Below, piece by piece: positions 27,746 through 40,811 of a stretch of 64,000 bases of DNA. The stretch lies in contig NW_026781919.1 in the NCBI RefSeq assembly GCF_031769215.1, positions 1,116,001 to 1,180,000 of the forward strand, written 5' to 3'. The translations under genes were made by a program, and so were the position numbers. The notes below the pieces were generated by a model, which was given only the letters and a program-made list of their open reading frames with translations, was not told where the DNA came from and ran no database searches. Origin of the DNA: Ylistrum balloti (lineage: Eukaryota). Within the stretch, counting starts at the first letter, position 1; each line of letters opens with the position of its first letter.

Positions 27746-30700
27746 TACTTGAATGTGTGTTAAACTTTACTATGTGTTATACTTTAGTTGAATGTGATGC
27801 ACTAAACCTGACTTTGAAATACTATACTTAGCTTTAGAATATGAAACAATTTGATTTTGATTGCGTTTATCATATTATTTCCGTTTCCATTTCCAAAGCT
27901 TTTTGTTTCCGTATTTCTCTGAACGTAGTCATTTATCTCCTCTCTACTGACAGCTACTGCTTCCTGTGCTGATTTCCTTGTCTATTTATTAGTTAGAGCT
28001 GATATCCTTGTCAACTTTGTTATTTCTCGGTCTGTCTATCTCCACTCCAACAACCTGGACCTCACAATTATCTGTGTACGAATAACGTTGTATTGTACAC
28101 CGACAGATCTGTATGAAACAGGTCGGAAATAATAGATTGTATTGTTCAGATGTGATCGATGAGGTTTTAAATTGTGATTTCATGGCAACGAATACAGACT
28201 GTATTTGGTGTGGCGTTTGTGTCAACTAATGACGATTGTGTTGACAGTGTAGATACGGTTTATATTTTTAAATCAATTTGGACTTGAGCAAGTCTTATTA
28301 GCAGTAGTTGTCTTTGGTGTTCCGGTGAAAACGGGGAAAAATAACAACGGGTAATATGTGTTAATATGATCCAACAAACAATGTCAGTTCAACTAAAACA
28401 TCGGTGATCTTTCTCTTCTGGTCGCGATATAGATAATGTCGGGCTCCATTTAATTATGGCGACACGTTGAAGCGCTGCTACAACTATTTAAACGAACAAA
28501 AATATATCTTCATATATTGCATTCTGACATATATCATAGACCCCTTATGTTCATTACCATAGATAAACATATATGTATGGGTTTAACTTGTAGACATGCT
28601 GTGCATCGTTTACATAATTACAAAGATAAAATTAGCACGGTAGTTTGCTAACGACAGTAAATGGTCATGGACTGTGTTATTTAGTAACGTCATACACTAT
28701 AAGCAGTAACACTATTTCCCTCTATTCTTATCATTGATTACGTCATAATTTCGTTACTAAGTCACCAAGGATGTTCTCCTCTGAAAGGGAAATGAAAGTG
28801 TCAAACATTTTTAACTGGTGATGATTTTTTGAAAGGTTCGATTTTAGAAAGAAGATTAAAAGTAAATAAATCAATACATTGCTGCACTACATTGTCCGGT
28901 ATAGGCGGAAGAATATGTGTAACAGGAAACTTACTTACTTTTTTTCCCGAATAACAGACGTTCTTTATTTTCGCGGCAACCTTTCTCGAAATTAATTTTC
29001 GTCTTTCATTACAAAGAAAAGGTATGATACATGGATTAAGAAAACAATCTTGTGAAAATGCTTTTTTTAGATGAATTAAGTATCTTTCAAATGCATAGCA
29101 ACGGCTAGTATTAAAATTTGTTTCTAAAATTTGTTTCTATTTTCATTATTGAAAAAGAGAGGGTCTGTGTTTTATGTTTTGCAATTATCATCCAATGAGC
29201 TACAAGATCAAGAAACCAAAGGAATGATTTATCTGTAGGTCCTGAGAATCCGAGAAAGTGGCCATCAGGTCGGAATTCACGAATTTGAAATCTATCATTT
29301 TCGGTGATAATGTATACAAAATTTAATTGAAAATCTACTCAATACTTTCAGAGTTATACCCAGATGAAGTACCGTAACAACCAGAAAACGTTGGAATTGT
29401 TGACGTCATAAAGCGAATCACGCCGTCAACTACACCGTCAAAAGTTTTAATCCCCGAACGAAATTTCTTCAAAACGTCAAATAGATCTACCGTTTTCAAC
29501 TTATAAGTACAATTGTAGATAACTGACAAAGTATATAAAAAGACAAATCACAAAATAGGGTAGAGAGTTTATTTTATATTGAAAACTTCAGAGGAGTACA
29601 TCATTAAAACACCTGAACACCTGAAGAGGGCCTCTAGGCCTGAAACCGCTAGCAAACTACCGTGTTGATTTATCGTTTTAATTATGTAAATAAATATATA
29701 TATCCTGCATGACGTATCAACTTCCGGTTGTGTCCGCTGTCGTCCCATTACCATATAACTGCTAGACAGAGGCAAAACTAATAACTGCAAGTGATCCCCA
29801 CGTATTGTGATGTCATAATAATTTTGCTAACAATTCCAGGTGTTGGCTGTTCCCTTTACTGCATTTACTCTAAGGTATAAGATGAAATTAAGTTTAACCT
29901 GACCTATATTGCCCAAAATGTTGACTGTTATGTAAATATAACCAGAAAGTAAATAATAACAAGAATAAAACACAAACGATTTTGCGGTAAATGAACGAGC
30001 AAAGGCTATTTGATTTAATGACACATATTTGAAAAAAAAAAAAAAAAAACATTCAGGTTCCTCTTTAAGTCTATACTACACACCAGCTCACATATTATAT
30101 TTCGGCTGATTCCGTAACTATCGACGAAGAGTACCGAAATCAGTCGAGGATAGCCGAATCAGGGACGTATAATACCGAATGTAATTTTCTCTTATTATCT
30201 ACATCTGGACATGATCGATCTCCAAGCCACTGACCTCTTATCGTCCAGTATCATTGGATACCGTCGCTATGATGGCCCTATTCTCCCCTAGAGCCGACGG
30301 AGGTGGTTATTACAGGGTACTGAAGTCCATGTTTTAAGTGACACCTACCGGCGATTAAATTACAACGGAACATATGTCATCTCCTTACATAACACTTCCC
30401 TTTCCGCAGACTAGTGATTTAATTAGATCCTAGTCGACCGTGTTATAATGCCAACGGTCATCATGGCTACGGACACATGTCAGTGACGTAATCAGCTATT
30501 CAAACCGCGTTAATAACATATGGGGAAGAGCTGTGATCACATTTACATAAACAAGCGACGATAACGAAAGCAGCGTGCCATTAAATACAGTAATATTTAA
30601 TGACTCTTCAGTATCACCAATAATGGCGGTCGACGCCTACAACAAGAACGTAAACGTCATCAGGACCTACTTACTCGTACAATTGATAATTTATATCAAA

Positions 30701-31967
30701 TTGATATAAAATCTATACTGTCGCTTTTTCTCTTCTTTTCTTTCTATCCTATCACCTCATCTTTTCCTCCTTTAGACAAAATGATTTAAACTTACAATTG
30801 TACGTCTACGAGTTACTTTATAGTATAAATATGTGTCACGTGCAGTATATTAATCATTTATATCCTTTATGGAGCAGAGTTCATAAGTTGCTAGAACTTT
30901 TCTCTGATCTATTTATCTAATTCTGATAATAAAATATGTTTATATTAATAAATAATGTAAAATGTATGACGTCAGGGATGTTTACAAGCGACAATATACA
31001 AATACAATGACATTTTCGAATTGGATTATATTTTAATGGTTGTCATAACCGTAGAAAGATTTATAGTTAGATACAGAATGTATTGCTTTTCTCCCGAAAA
31101 AAAGAGATGCTTTTGCAATATCTAGGAGTGGTTATACGAGAATGCCTTAGTAATTTTATCAATATGTTTTTATCGGTTAAATCAGAGACGTATATGTGTG
31201 TTATATATGTCTCTGGTTAGATTGTGCAATCAAATCTACTTAAAATTACATTTCGATTTCGCAATAACATAGATACAGTGTTAGTGCACTTTAGAACATG
31301 TACACGCGACATGGTAAGTTAACAGTGACAAACACAGATAACCCTTTGTGTAGTCTGATAGCCTTACTGTACCTCCAGGGTAAAAACCCCATAGCTATCT
31401 AGATAAGAAGTGAGGGTCACCCTCGCGCAGTGGTACGAATCATGTGAAGGGATAAACGCTTTCTAGATTTTCAGCGTTTGAATATATTTTGTAGAAGAAT
31501 ATAGTCTAGCTTATCATCATATAAGTGTTTATTTACATCTATAATATATAGACATATTGTACAACTTTTCGAGAGTTTAAATTTAGTCATGATCTTGTTT
31601 TAGTTCTCACGATTTCCTGTACAGAACAAGATAGATAACTCTTACATAAAACTCTTACGATCTCAGAATGTTTTTATTGTTCAGTAAAAACAAAATAGAA
31701 AGAATAGATACGTGCAAATATATAAATAAACAAAATATTGAATAGAGGAAAATATAATTAAATAAAAATTAAGTCTATACTCTACTGACCACCATGTATA
31801 TTTGAATGTTAGATAAAAATGATTATGGTTTTTAAACAAAGGACTTTTTATAAGAGGAAAACGCAATATTTCAGATTAACGACTTATTTTATTTCGTAAC
31901 GTCTTTAAGTGAGTTTAAGGTATTCTAGTATTAGTTACATAAACAATGGTAAATCGGTTAAGGGGAT

Positions 31968-34900
31968 CTACCAGACACCAGCAGCCTCAGAGTTTCCCTG
32001 GACTGCGAACAATACCCAGAATACTTTGTCTAACATTTCCGGAACTGCTTCCGGTATACTAGCAGCATCCGAGCCCATTTGGATATTCAATCGCTGTAAT
32101 ATTTCGCTTCCCACATTGCTTTCCACTAACGACTGAGTATTTTCCACCGTCACAGACTTTTCACCCTTCAGCGCCTTTCCAAACTGAAAAAAACGTGCTC
32201 ACCAATGTAGTTAACCCCGTGAAAACACACTTAAATATCGAGGTTCAAAACTTTCGGTGTCTAGTCGGACACCCTACCGCTCGACACAAGGGAAATCACC
32301 CTACATACCCTTGATCTCTAGCCAGACATTCTAACGCTCGACTCAAGGGAAATTCCCCCTATAGACCCCTGACCTCTAGCCAGACACTCTAACGCTCGAC
32401 ACAAGGGAAATCACCCTACATACCCTTGATCTCTAGTCAGACACTCTAACATTCGACACAAGGGAAATCACCCTACATACCCTTGATCTCTAGTCAGACA
32501 CTCTAACATTCGACACAAGGGAAATCACCCTACATACCCTTGATCTCTAGTCAGACACTCTAACATTCGACACAAGGGAAATCACCCTACATACCATTGA
32601 TCTCTAGCCAGACATTCTAACGCTCGACTCAAGGGAAATCCCCCTATAGACCCCTGATCTCTAGCCAGACACTCTAACGCTCGACTAAAGGGAAATTCTC
32701 TCTATAGACCCTTCAGACTCTGACAGGACACTCTACCTCTCGACTCAAGGGAAATTCCCCCTTCAGTCTCTGACCGGACACTCTATTGCTTAACTAAAGG
32801 GAAATTCCCTCTACAGACCCTTCGGTCTCTGACCGGACACTCTCCTGCTCAACTAAAGGGAATTCCCTCTACAGGCCCTTCGGTCTCTGACCAGACACTC
32901 TCCTGCTCAACTAAAGGGAATTCCCTCTACAGACCCTTCAGTGTATTGTCTGTTATTGGTTGTTTTTGTTTACCATGAAGTTTGATTTAAATCGCCGGTT
33001 AAAATGTGACAGAGTATTAAAATGCTTGAAACATTTCCAATGACAATGTCCATCAAATTTATTACATATATTTAAACGACATACTAACCACCAGTAACAA
33101 GTTTGACGCTATTTCCGGTAAGCATGCGCGGACAAGCTCCAGTAGTTCCATAGAAAAGTAGGTCATGGCGCCAATAACGTGACCACAAGCTTTAAATATG
33201 GCTGACGTAGGGACTGAGATGGTCAATTCCATATCGCTCTGTTGGACAAAGCAAACAGCTCGTCAACATTAGAAAACACCTCGACATTTTGATAGTATAA
33301 AGCAATATTTATTTTCCTCTGAAAGACATATTTTCTTTCACAAAGTAATTTCAAGGTCGTTTGGACTATATGCTGTCATTGAGAGTCGTTAATCTATAAC
33401 AATAAGTGCAGATTTGGCTCTTTTATCAGGTGTGTCTTTAGAAATTAGGTCACAACATAGACGAGGTCAGCGCGTATTATGACGTCAATCCAATTTGGAT
33501 TAGTCAACCACCGATAATAAGAATCACATCATTCAAATTCAAAAAGATAGATAATTAATTCTAAAATTAGAAACAAATGGATAAACTTCTGCTTCCGTTT
33601 TTTTTTATTGAAGGTTGTTAACTCTTTATATATGAATGATAGTTTCAAGAATTATTTCAGGATAAAAATTTCTGAAATATGACAAAATAATTCCGAAAGA
33701 AGGGTGTTACCTTCTCACTGAATCCAGAAAGCTTAAGCAGCATGAGACAGGAGTCTCTATCCATAAACACTTTGTCACCGATGTTGATCACGTGATTTTC
33801 TTCTGTACCAGACTTAGCATCAAGAAACTAAAGCAATGAAGAGAAAATAATTGTATTTCAGTACCAAAATGTACGAATTAAAACGCTGAGAAGGAGTACC
33901 CCTTCAGGAACCTCAGATCTTTTTTTTGTATTACTTATATAGGTTTCCATTTATTCAAAGTCAAAGATAGAAAAGTATTGAAATGATAAACGTATTATAC
34001 AATCTATGATGTTGGTTATTATAGGGTTAATATATCAAAACGATTACAAGGGAGAGTTACATCAATCACAAGGTATTAAGTGAGGCATCGAACAAATGTT
34101 GCCGATACTCTCATTAGACCTTTAAGACAAATTAATGGTTGAATGGTAAATATTGCCGAGATACTCATCCAACCTATAAGACGATATAACTGTTGAAAAG
34201 TAAACTGCATAATATTATGCATATCTTTTATTTCAGATAAATTTCAAAATTCAAAAATATCTTACGATTTTGTCTAGGATCTCAACATCCTCTGGAAGCA
34301 AAATGTTGAGAACGGACGTAAAAGATTGTCGTTCAGTTTCCGGTAGGTCTAGTAATGGCTGGAGGACCGCCACTATATCTTCCGGTGTGGTAATGACATC
34401 GTTTCCGACGTTGGCGGCTTCGAATGCGAATAGGAACGCATGTAATGCAGACAAAGTGTGTGACAAGGGAGACAAATCTAACGCTCATATGATTACTATA
34501 ACAATTTAAAGAAAATTTTCAGATATATTTCTACACGGCAAAAAAAGACCACCGATTCTTTTACTTATTATCTTACTTAAGTGTAGTCTATATTAGGAAA
34601 TTCTCTATGGGTCACCCTTTGTCTTTTTATATATCTAATGTGATTTACATTGCTTGAAGGTTAAAGATGTTTCATGAAAAGCACATGAATAAAGGACAAA
34701 TGATCATGTCATCAAATGAACAAAAGGGAGATAACTCTGATATTTGATAATAAATAAAACCAAAAACACGTTTTTATTTCAAAAGGAAAGTTTATTCTTT
34801 TAAAGGTTGAAAAAAAACCTATCATCACAAATTAATTTGCTTTTTCTAGGAAATAAATGAAGGCAAATACAAAAAATAAAAAATAGTTGTTCTGATCCCT

Positions 34901-37900
34901 TACACCGTCCAGTGTGTTATGACAATGCACAAGGTGTTCTAACCCAATTTTAAATGTGTTACTTTCTGGAATTAATAAGTAAAAGTATAGAGGCCCTTTT
35001 CACACGTTGGGATGAAATCATATCCATTATAATTTATAAGAAAATGTGAACGATATCCTAGCGGTGCTTCACAATTCACTATATCTGAATACAGTTTTTA
35101 CAATTAGAACTACTAATCTACGTGTTTAGAAGAAAATTCCTGTATCAAGTTGGCCTGTACTTCGTCCGAAACATCAGCAGGTCCCGGCATGGTATTAACT
35201 AAAGGATAGGGAGGTAGATCGCCATCTGGAGGCTCCCCAATTGACGGATAAACAGTTCCGTCAGGTGGCAGCATCGGTGGAGCTGACGGTAATGGTAAGG
35301 AGTCATTTGAGTTATCTCCCCCTGTTAACGTTTCTACGGGTGGCTGTATAGCCTCACCTTCATTTGTCTGCACAACTTCTTCTATTGGAGCAGTAGTTTC
35401 CGGTTCCTGTTGTGGTTCCGGTTGTGGTTCCGGCTCTGATTGAGAGGGTTTAACTTCTTCTTCATCTTCATCACTATCGGCTGTAATTAGAGGAAAAACT
35501 TAATATTGAGAAAAAGAAAGTTATTTAATACAGGAAATTTAAGAAACCCAGCGATTCAAATTATGCGGCAAATACGATCTAAATCATGGTATGCAAGACG
35601 CATGTGATTCTATTCAGACAAAAATGTTTTACCTGAATGGAGACTACAACGTTTATTAGCGTACAACTTGCATGCATATAAGTAAATTGTAGACACACTT
35701 TCATACGAGTCATCGATTGTCCCATCGGGTGGTACTCCCAGCATCCTTGAGTCCTCCTTGAATCCACCTTTGACTCCGATCCCCATACACGGTACGACGA
35801 CACCGGAGGGAACCCCAATCTGGAGAGGCATCACTTTATACGCTATAGGAGTGCCGCACACAAGTCCGAGATCTTTACTCTTGTCCGATGTTTCTTCTTC
35901 GCCAGACTTCTGTGTACCAAGGGACATAACTCATATTACGTTCTGTGTATAAGGGGACAATTATGCTAACGATGTATATTGTAAGGGACATCACTTGTAA
36001 CACTCATGATAATCTCGAGGAAAGAAACATATCTATGACTGAATATACGTGGGTTAAGGGAAATATTTGATCAGGGTTTTATAAGCTGTAATATTTCACA
36101 CCACTCAAAATGGAAAAGTGTAGGTAGTAAAACACTAGCTACTGTAATCCACTGTACACCTAATCCTGTCTCACGGGTAATTATGTTTACAATGAAAGGG
36201 ACTGTGTGCAGTGGACTGTGGTAAGGATTTGAAAGAAAAAAGGGAGATAATCATCACGTTAATAATGATTAGATCGATGACACAGATGAAAGCATCTGTT
36301 TTAATATAGTGACATTACCATTTCTTGATTTTCAAATATTTCACACAGCCGGCAACAGGATTTTAAATTTCTTGAACATTTGTTTCAGTAGGAACTGTGT
36401 CGGGGGTGGGTGTGGGGATTCTGTCATCATGGAAGTGTATCACGGTTTTTAGAGTGTAGAAAGAGGCTCGTCGTTCCGATAAACGCATTAGGTAATCTGT
36501 TTGAGGGACATCATTCTGACCTGATTTTATTAGGGTATGGAACAAGTGTAGGTAAACATGGGTAACGGCTCTTCTAGAAAAGGAATTCTACTTCAATAGA
36601 TAGATATAATTCAACTCCAATTTATCATTTCAATTGTTGTATTAACATGAATGTTATACCACGTGTAGTATAATAGTTTAACAAGTTTTGATTATCTGTC
36701 AGGATGAACTTTGACCTAAAGGGCACTAACGGAAGTAAGAACACTCAATAAGTAATTCATGATTTTGAAATAACTTTTTCAACATAAAGGTGTGGTTATT
36801 AGATATGTTACCTCTTTCACTCTAGTTAGTTATTTTCCAAGAGTTGTTCAAGCTCCTGTTTTTTTTTTGTTTTTACTCGAGTAAAAGAAATACCTAATGC
36901 CAATACTACTCGTTCTGTAATCTCCATTCATGATATTAAACGGAATTCCGTTTAAAGAGATGCTCGATTATGACTGGTAATATTTTGTTGTTTGGATCAC
37001 CGACGATCGAAATTATTTGATAAGGAATTTTTATTTGATAGCAAGTATCTATGTGATATGTAACAATGTTATACAAGAAAGAAATTGGATTCTACGGTGT
37101 TATGTAGATAATAGTCAATAAATGGGATACAATTTCAAAGCTATCAGATGTTAGCAATGGGGGATATTAAAACATAAAATATTTAAAAGAAACAAACCCC
37201 GCATCAAACAAGACTTTTTACAAAGATGTAGTAGATTAAGTATTGACTTTATGCCTACCCGTTTGATTGAAGTAGTTTTTATTTCAGCATCTCCGGCCAG
37301 TTTGACGATGGACTGGACAACACAGATGACATTTTTCTTGTCTTGACATACCTGATGGACCCAGGGATGATCCAAGTTGAGTTTCCTTCAACAGACGTGG
37401 TTTTAGTTATACTTAAACAAATGTACGAAAATATCTGTAAAGGTTTCTAAAGATATGATATAAACGCATTCATATTCCCAACCAAATTATACTTCAGCAC
37501 CAGTAAGCCTAATCCAAGAATTGAAAACTTCAATCGTTTGTTACTAACTCCGGGTGTGTTGCAATCGTTTGGATATGACGAAGTTACCATATACGACGTT
37601 ACCATGGTTACAATTATTTATACTAATGAATTAAGGAATAAGTATATAAAAATAAAAAAGATAAAGGTAAATTATAATTTGCAAGAATGAATAGATAAAT
37701 ATGTAAATAATTTATCTATGCCAACCTTCCAACAAGTTTTCTGTATATTTTATTAGGGTCAATTTTGTCCATTTCTGTCTCTCCTACATTTGCTTCTATC
37801 CTGACTTTGTCCTTCTGAGAGAGGCTTTTGTCACCCAAGTCATTCAGTATGGCTCGTCCAAACTTCCCACTAAGTGAGAGTTCTATTTCTCTGCTCCATC

Positions 37901-39018
37901 TGCAGAAATTCGATGTCTTTTTCTTAGTCTTCATCTTCTTTTTGTAATTTACCAAAAGATTTTTGATCTGTAATGGAAACGTTCGTAAAAACCACGTTAG
38001 AGATTGATCGATATCAGAAACTCGTGCTTGTTCTTGTTTTTTTTTTTTTTTAGTTTTTTTTTTCAGTTTTTGTACTTGCATCTAGGAATATCATACATTA
38101 GAATAACTTTCAGTGCGCACGCAATCCTTACGTTTACACACGATATTTACCGATATTCATAAATTATGAACCAAGATTAGTTGGCGTCATTGACAACACC
38201 CCAATAGCACCAAATAATGACAGATGAAAATAATTAATGTTTTTAATTGCTCATTTACATTCATATTTATATACAGAGAAACATTTACACTTAGTAGTGA
38301 CAAGGACGTGCACCCTTGCGCAAGTCTGATCACCATATGTATAATCGATTTATGTAATTCAACACAGGGCTTTGTCGGCTTCCTCTAGAGACCATACATT
38401 ACAAATGTAAATAAATAAGAAATGGTCCATGTTTTTTTGTACGAAAACAAAGGAGGATCAAAATAACTTTTACTGCTAAATCTAATAATTGAAATCTCTA
38501 ATTAATGTTTGTAACTAAAATGTTTGATTTTCCATCAGACGAATATATATGTAACCCTGGTAAAATACTAGCCGCAATATACCACTCGGCTAGAGAGAAC
38601 TTCTCTTTAGCTCGATTGGTTGAGCGTCAGACTAGTAAGCCAGGTGTCCCAGGTTCGATTCCTAGCGGAGGCATTGAGATGAAAAATGACCTATGTTACA
38701 TATAAGATATAACAAATAACTGTAGAAGAAATGATAATTGCTAAATCTTCAATGATCACAAAAATTTTTAACCTTTGATCCAGTATTCAGTGTAGAGCGT
38801 ACATTTCTGTTTGGAAACCCTGTATACACACCTTCAGAGTTACTTACTTTGAAATCGTAAGGCATGTAGATGTATTTATGCCAGGCGTAATGTCTCTCGC
38901 GTCTCTGTACCACCACCTGTAGCAAGTCTATGCTGTTGGCATGGATAATGGTTTCTATGGGAACGAGACTTTCAGTCCCCGTGCTTCTGGTAAAATTGTC
39001 GCTTATAGCTTGAAACAT
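31968..39018 (-). CDS. GSDME: Gasdermin E (DFNA5/pejvakin-family)-like protein, about 494 aa, 8 coding exons
   Basis: Exons 39018-38848, 37967-37726, 37385-37259, 35909-35633, 35480-35358, 34477-34266, 33827-33711, 32183-31968; all GT-AG, phases consistent, 1485 nt total. The N-terminus MFQAISDNFTRSTGTESLVPIETI..ANSIDLLQVVVQRR resembles GSDME/PJVK MFAxATxxF. KLNLDHPWVHQVCQDKKNVICVV, GTPIAYKVMPLQI and KGGFKE match the pore-forming domain. LQPLLDLPETERQSFTSVL and SEILQRL...KVFWVLFAVQG match the C-terminal domain. The exon 3/4 junction and exon 4 donor are least certain. Confidence 0.88.
32265..32940 (-). repeat. 57-58-bp tandem array derived from a tRNA-related SINE head, in last gasdermin intron
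   Basis: About 11-12 units. The - strand unit (GTAGAGGGAATTTCCCTTTAGTTGAGCAGGAGAGTGTCCGGTCAGAGACCGAAGGGTCT-like) aligns with the SINE head at 53942-54020. Confidence 0.85.
35113..35357 (-). CDS. Candidate in-frame read-through extension of gasdermin exon 5 (alternative C-terminus)
   Basis: Frame stays open for about 81 codons past the AAG|GTGAGG donor to TAG at 35113-35115. Pro/acid-rich protein-like sequence, GC-richer than neighbouring intron. Exons 1-4 plus the extended exon total 1185 nt (394 aa). Confidence 0.45.
38601..38673 (+). pseudogene. tRNA-Thr(AGT)-like degenerate sequence / tRNA-derived SINE head
   Basis: A box TAGCTCGATTGGT, loop CTAGTAA, B box GGTTCGATTCC, 73 nt. The acceptor and anticodon stems carry several mismatches, so this is not a functional tRNA. 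Confidence 0.65.
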
Positions 39019-39519
39019 TATTTCTGGAATAACAAATAATGTTTAACTTAGTAGAAAGACAAAAGTTTAATTTTATACTTCCAGATTAGAAGCTGCGATT
39101 AATATACAGCGTGATATGCTATTTATAGAATATGCGTATTCCTTATAAGTAAATCGTTCTGTGAATTCCTCTGATTTCTTAAAGAAATACAATATTATGT
39201 AATAGCTAGACAAACAAAGAAAAAATATCATTTTTAATACAGTACACTGTCCACTGAGTCAGTATTTCAGTTTTAATCCGAGAGTGATTGAAATAGGTCA
39301 GTATAGAATATAAACATGCACTTTGTTTACATATACATATAAAGGACAGTGTTACTATGATAACATTACCTACCTGTTCGGAATGAGATTCTACAATTAG
39401 GTATAGATAAATTATAGAATATGTTTATCATTAACAGCGATTTAAAACTAGTTTTACAAGGTTTCGAAGATGTCTGTTTACTTTATCAATCAAAGAGTTT
39501 TGGTGACTGAAACCTGACG

Positions 39520-39795
39520 ACAACAGACAGTCTGAACACTCCTATACAACAAACAGTCTGAACACTCCTATATAACAAACAGTCTGAACAATCCTATACA
39601 ACAGACAGTCTGAACACTCCTATATAACAAACAGTCTGAACACTCCTATACAACAGACAGTCTGAACACTCCTATACAACAGACAGTCTGAACACTCCTA
39701 TACAACAGACAGTCTGAACACTCCTATACAACAGACAGTCTGAACACTCCTATACAACAGACAGTCTGAACACTCCTATACAACAAGCAGTCTGA
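39520..39795. repeat. 26-bp minisatellite, about 10 copies
   Basis: Unit ACAACAGACAGTCTGAACACTCCTAT containing the interrupted palindrome CAGAC-A-GTCTG. Confidence 0.92.
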
Positions 39796-39948
39796 GCCAC
39801 ACGTCCTCATTGGGTGGAGCCCTCTGTGTGTGGATTGGTCTAGAATTCAGAGATGGTTCCCAGGCTTAATGGTTACTATCCTGTCTACTGAGCTGAGTCA
39901 TCTTTTGACACTATATATAATAGTTATTTCTGCTAAGGATAAACTTAC

Positions 39949-40810
39949 CTGTTGTCTATTTACGAAGGGTAAATAAGATCCAAACAGACATCAGGGTAGA
40001 TGTAGTCATGAAAATAGATCACAGGCGAAATAAATTTCACTTTACGATATCAACACGACATGTTTTGTATCTGCTAACTTCCAGGAAGTGTTTACTTCCG
40101 GTAATCGACCATTCTTGGTGGATCAAGATTTTCTAAGTATATATCTATGTATTGTTTGTATGGATACTAGGTTAACAAAACTACAACAAAAATAACTGGC
40201 TTGTCGGCAAAATCTCAATTAAAACTCAAATTTGATGAAACTAGGGCAAATTATCAATAAAAAGAAGCTTTACACGGAAACCTATGAAAAAGTACAAGGA
40301 AAATAAGACTAAAATATGTTTTATTCTCTTTACTAGTAATATATCTTTAATTGTCTATTCATATATCGTTTTTCCGATCGACATTTCAGTATTTCTTTAT
40401 GTTAATTTTTTCAAATGAATTTTCCTAATAAGCGTGTCTAAACCCCTCGGTTAATATCATCACTAAAATGATCAGACATATATAGTTATTTTATAATTGC
40501 TATATATTTCTGATAGCGTCAATATCCTCACCTATATCAAATTTTTGTATAACTAGATATAGATAATGAAATAACGCTTTGAAAGAATTTTTAATACAAT
40601 TTACAATAGAAATGCTGTAGATATTTAAACATTAGTTGAGTGTTTCGTTCGCTGGTGCTTACTCGGGAACCTTATTCATCTTGACCATTGTGTCTTGATC
40701 AAAACTCTGTTTTGTGTATAATACACTTTTATACATGTAGATCACATACATATGTGTATAGGACCACAGGTATTTGTTGGTTTGTCACATCTAACCGGAA
40801 GTCTGCACGC
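39949..40810. promoter_or_regulatory. Candidate bidirectional promoter between gasdermin and the Spaetzle-like gene
   Basis: - strand donor CAG|GTAAGT at 39949/39948 (probable non-coding gasdermin exon). ETS-type motifs CAGGAAGT (40082), ACTTCCGG (40094) and CCGGAAGT (40795, just upstream of the + strand ATG at 40812). Transcription starts are not observable from sequence. Confidence 0.45.
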
Positions 40811-40811
40811 G

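Noticed and set aside
27989-28225. 78-aa ORF with a plausible acceptor
   Set aside because: No recognisable domain and no partner exons.
34270-34509. + strand ORFs over gasdermin exons (also 31909-32136, 35758-35952) and - strand ORFs at 44099-44557
   Set aside because: Antisense shadows of real coding exons.
35113-35165. Donors GTAGAT (35121) or GTACAG as the constitutive end of gasdermin exon 5
   Set aside because: Both are phase 0 while the next exon (34477) needs phase 1, and I found no bridging exon. The donor at 35357 restores frame and a GSDME-sized protein.
38601-38673. Functional tRNA-Thr gene
   Set aside because: Acceptor, anticodon and T stems contain multiple mismatches.
39514-39545. 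CTGACGA at the start of the 26-bp array as a hammerhead core
   Set aside because: No GAAA, no feasible stem II loop and no stem I/III pairing.
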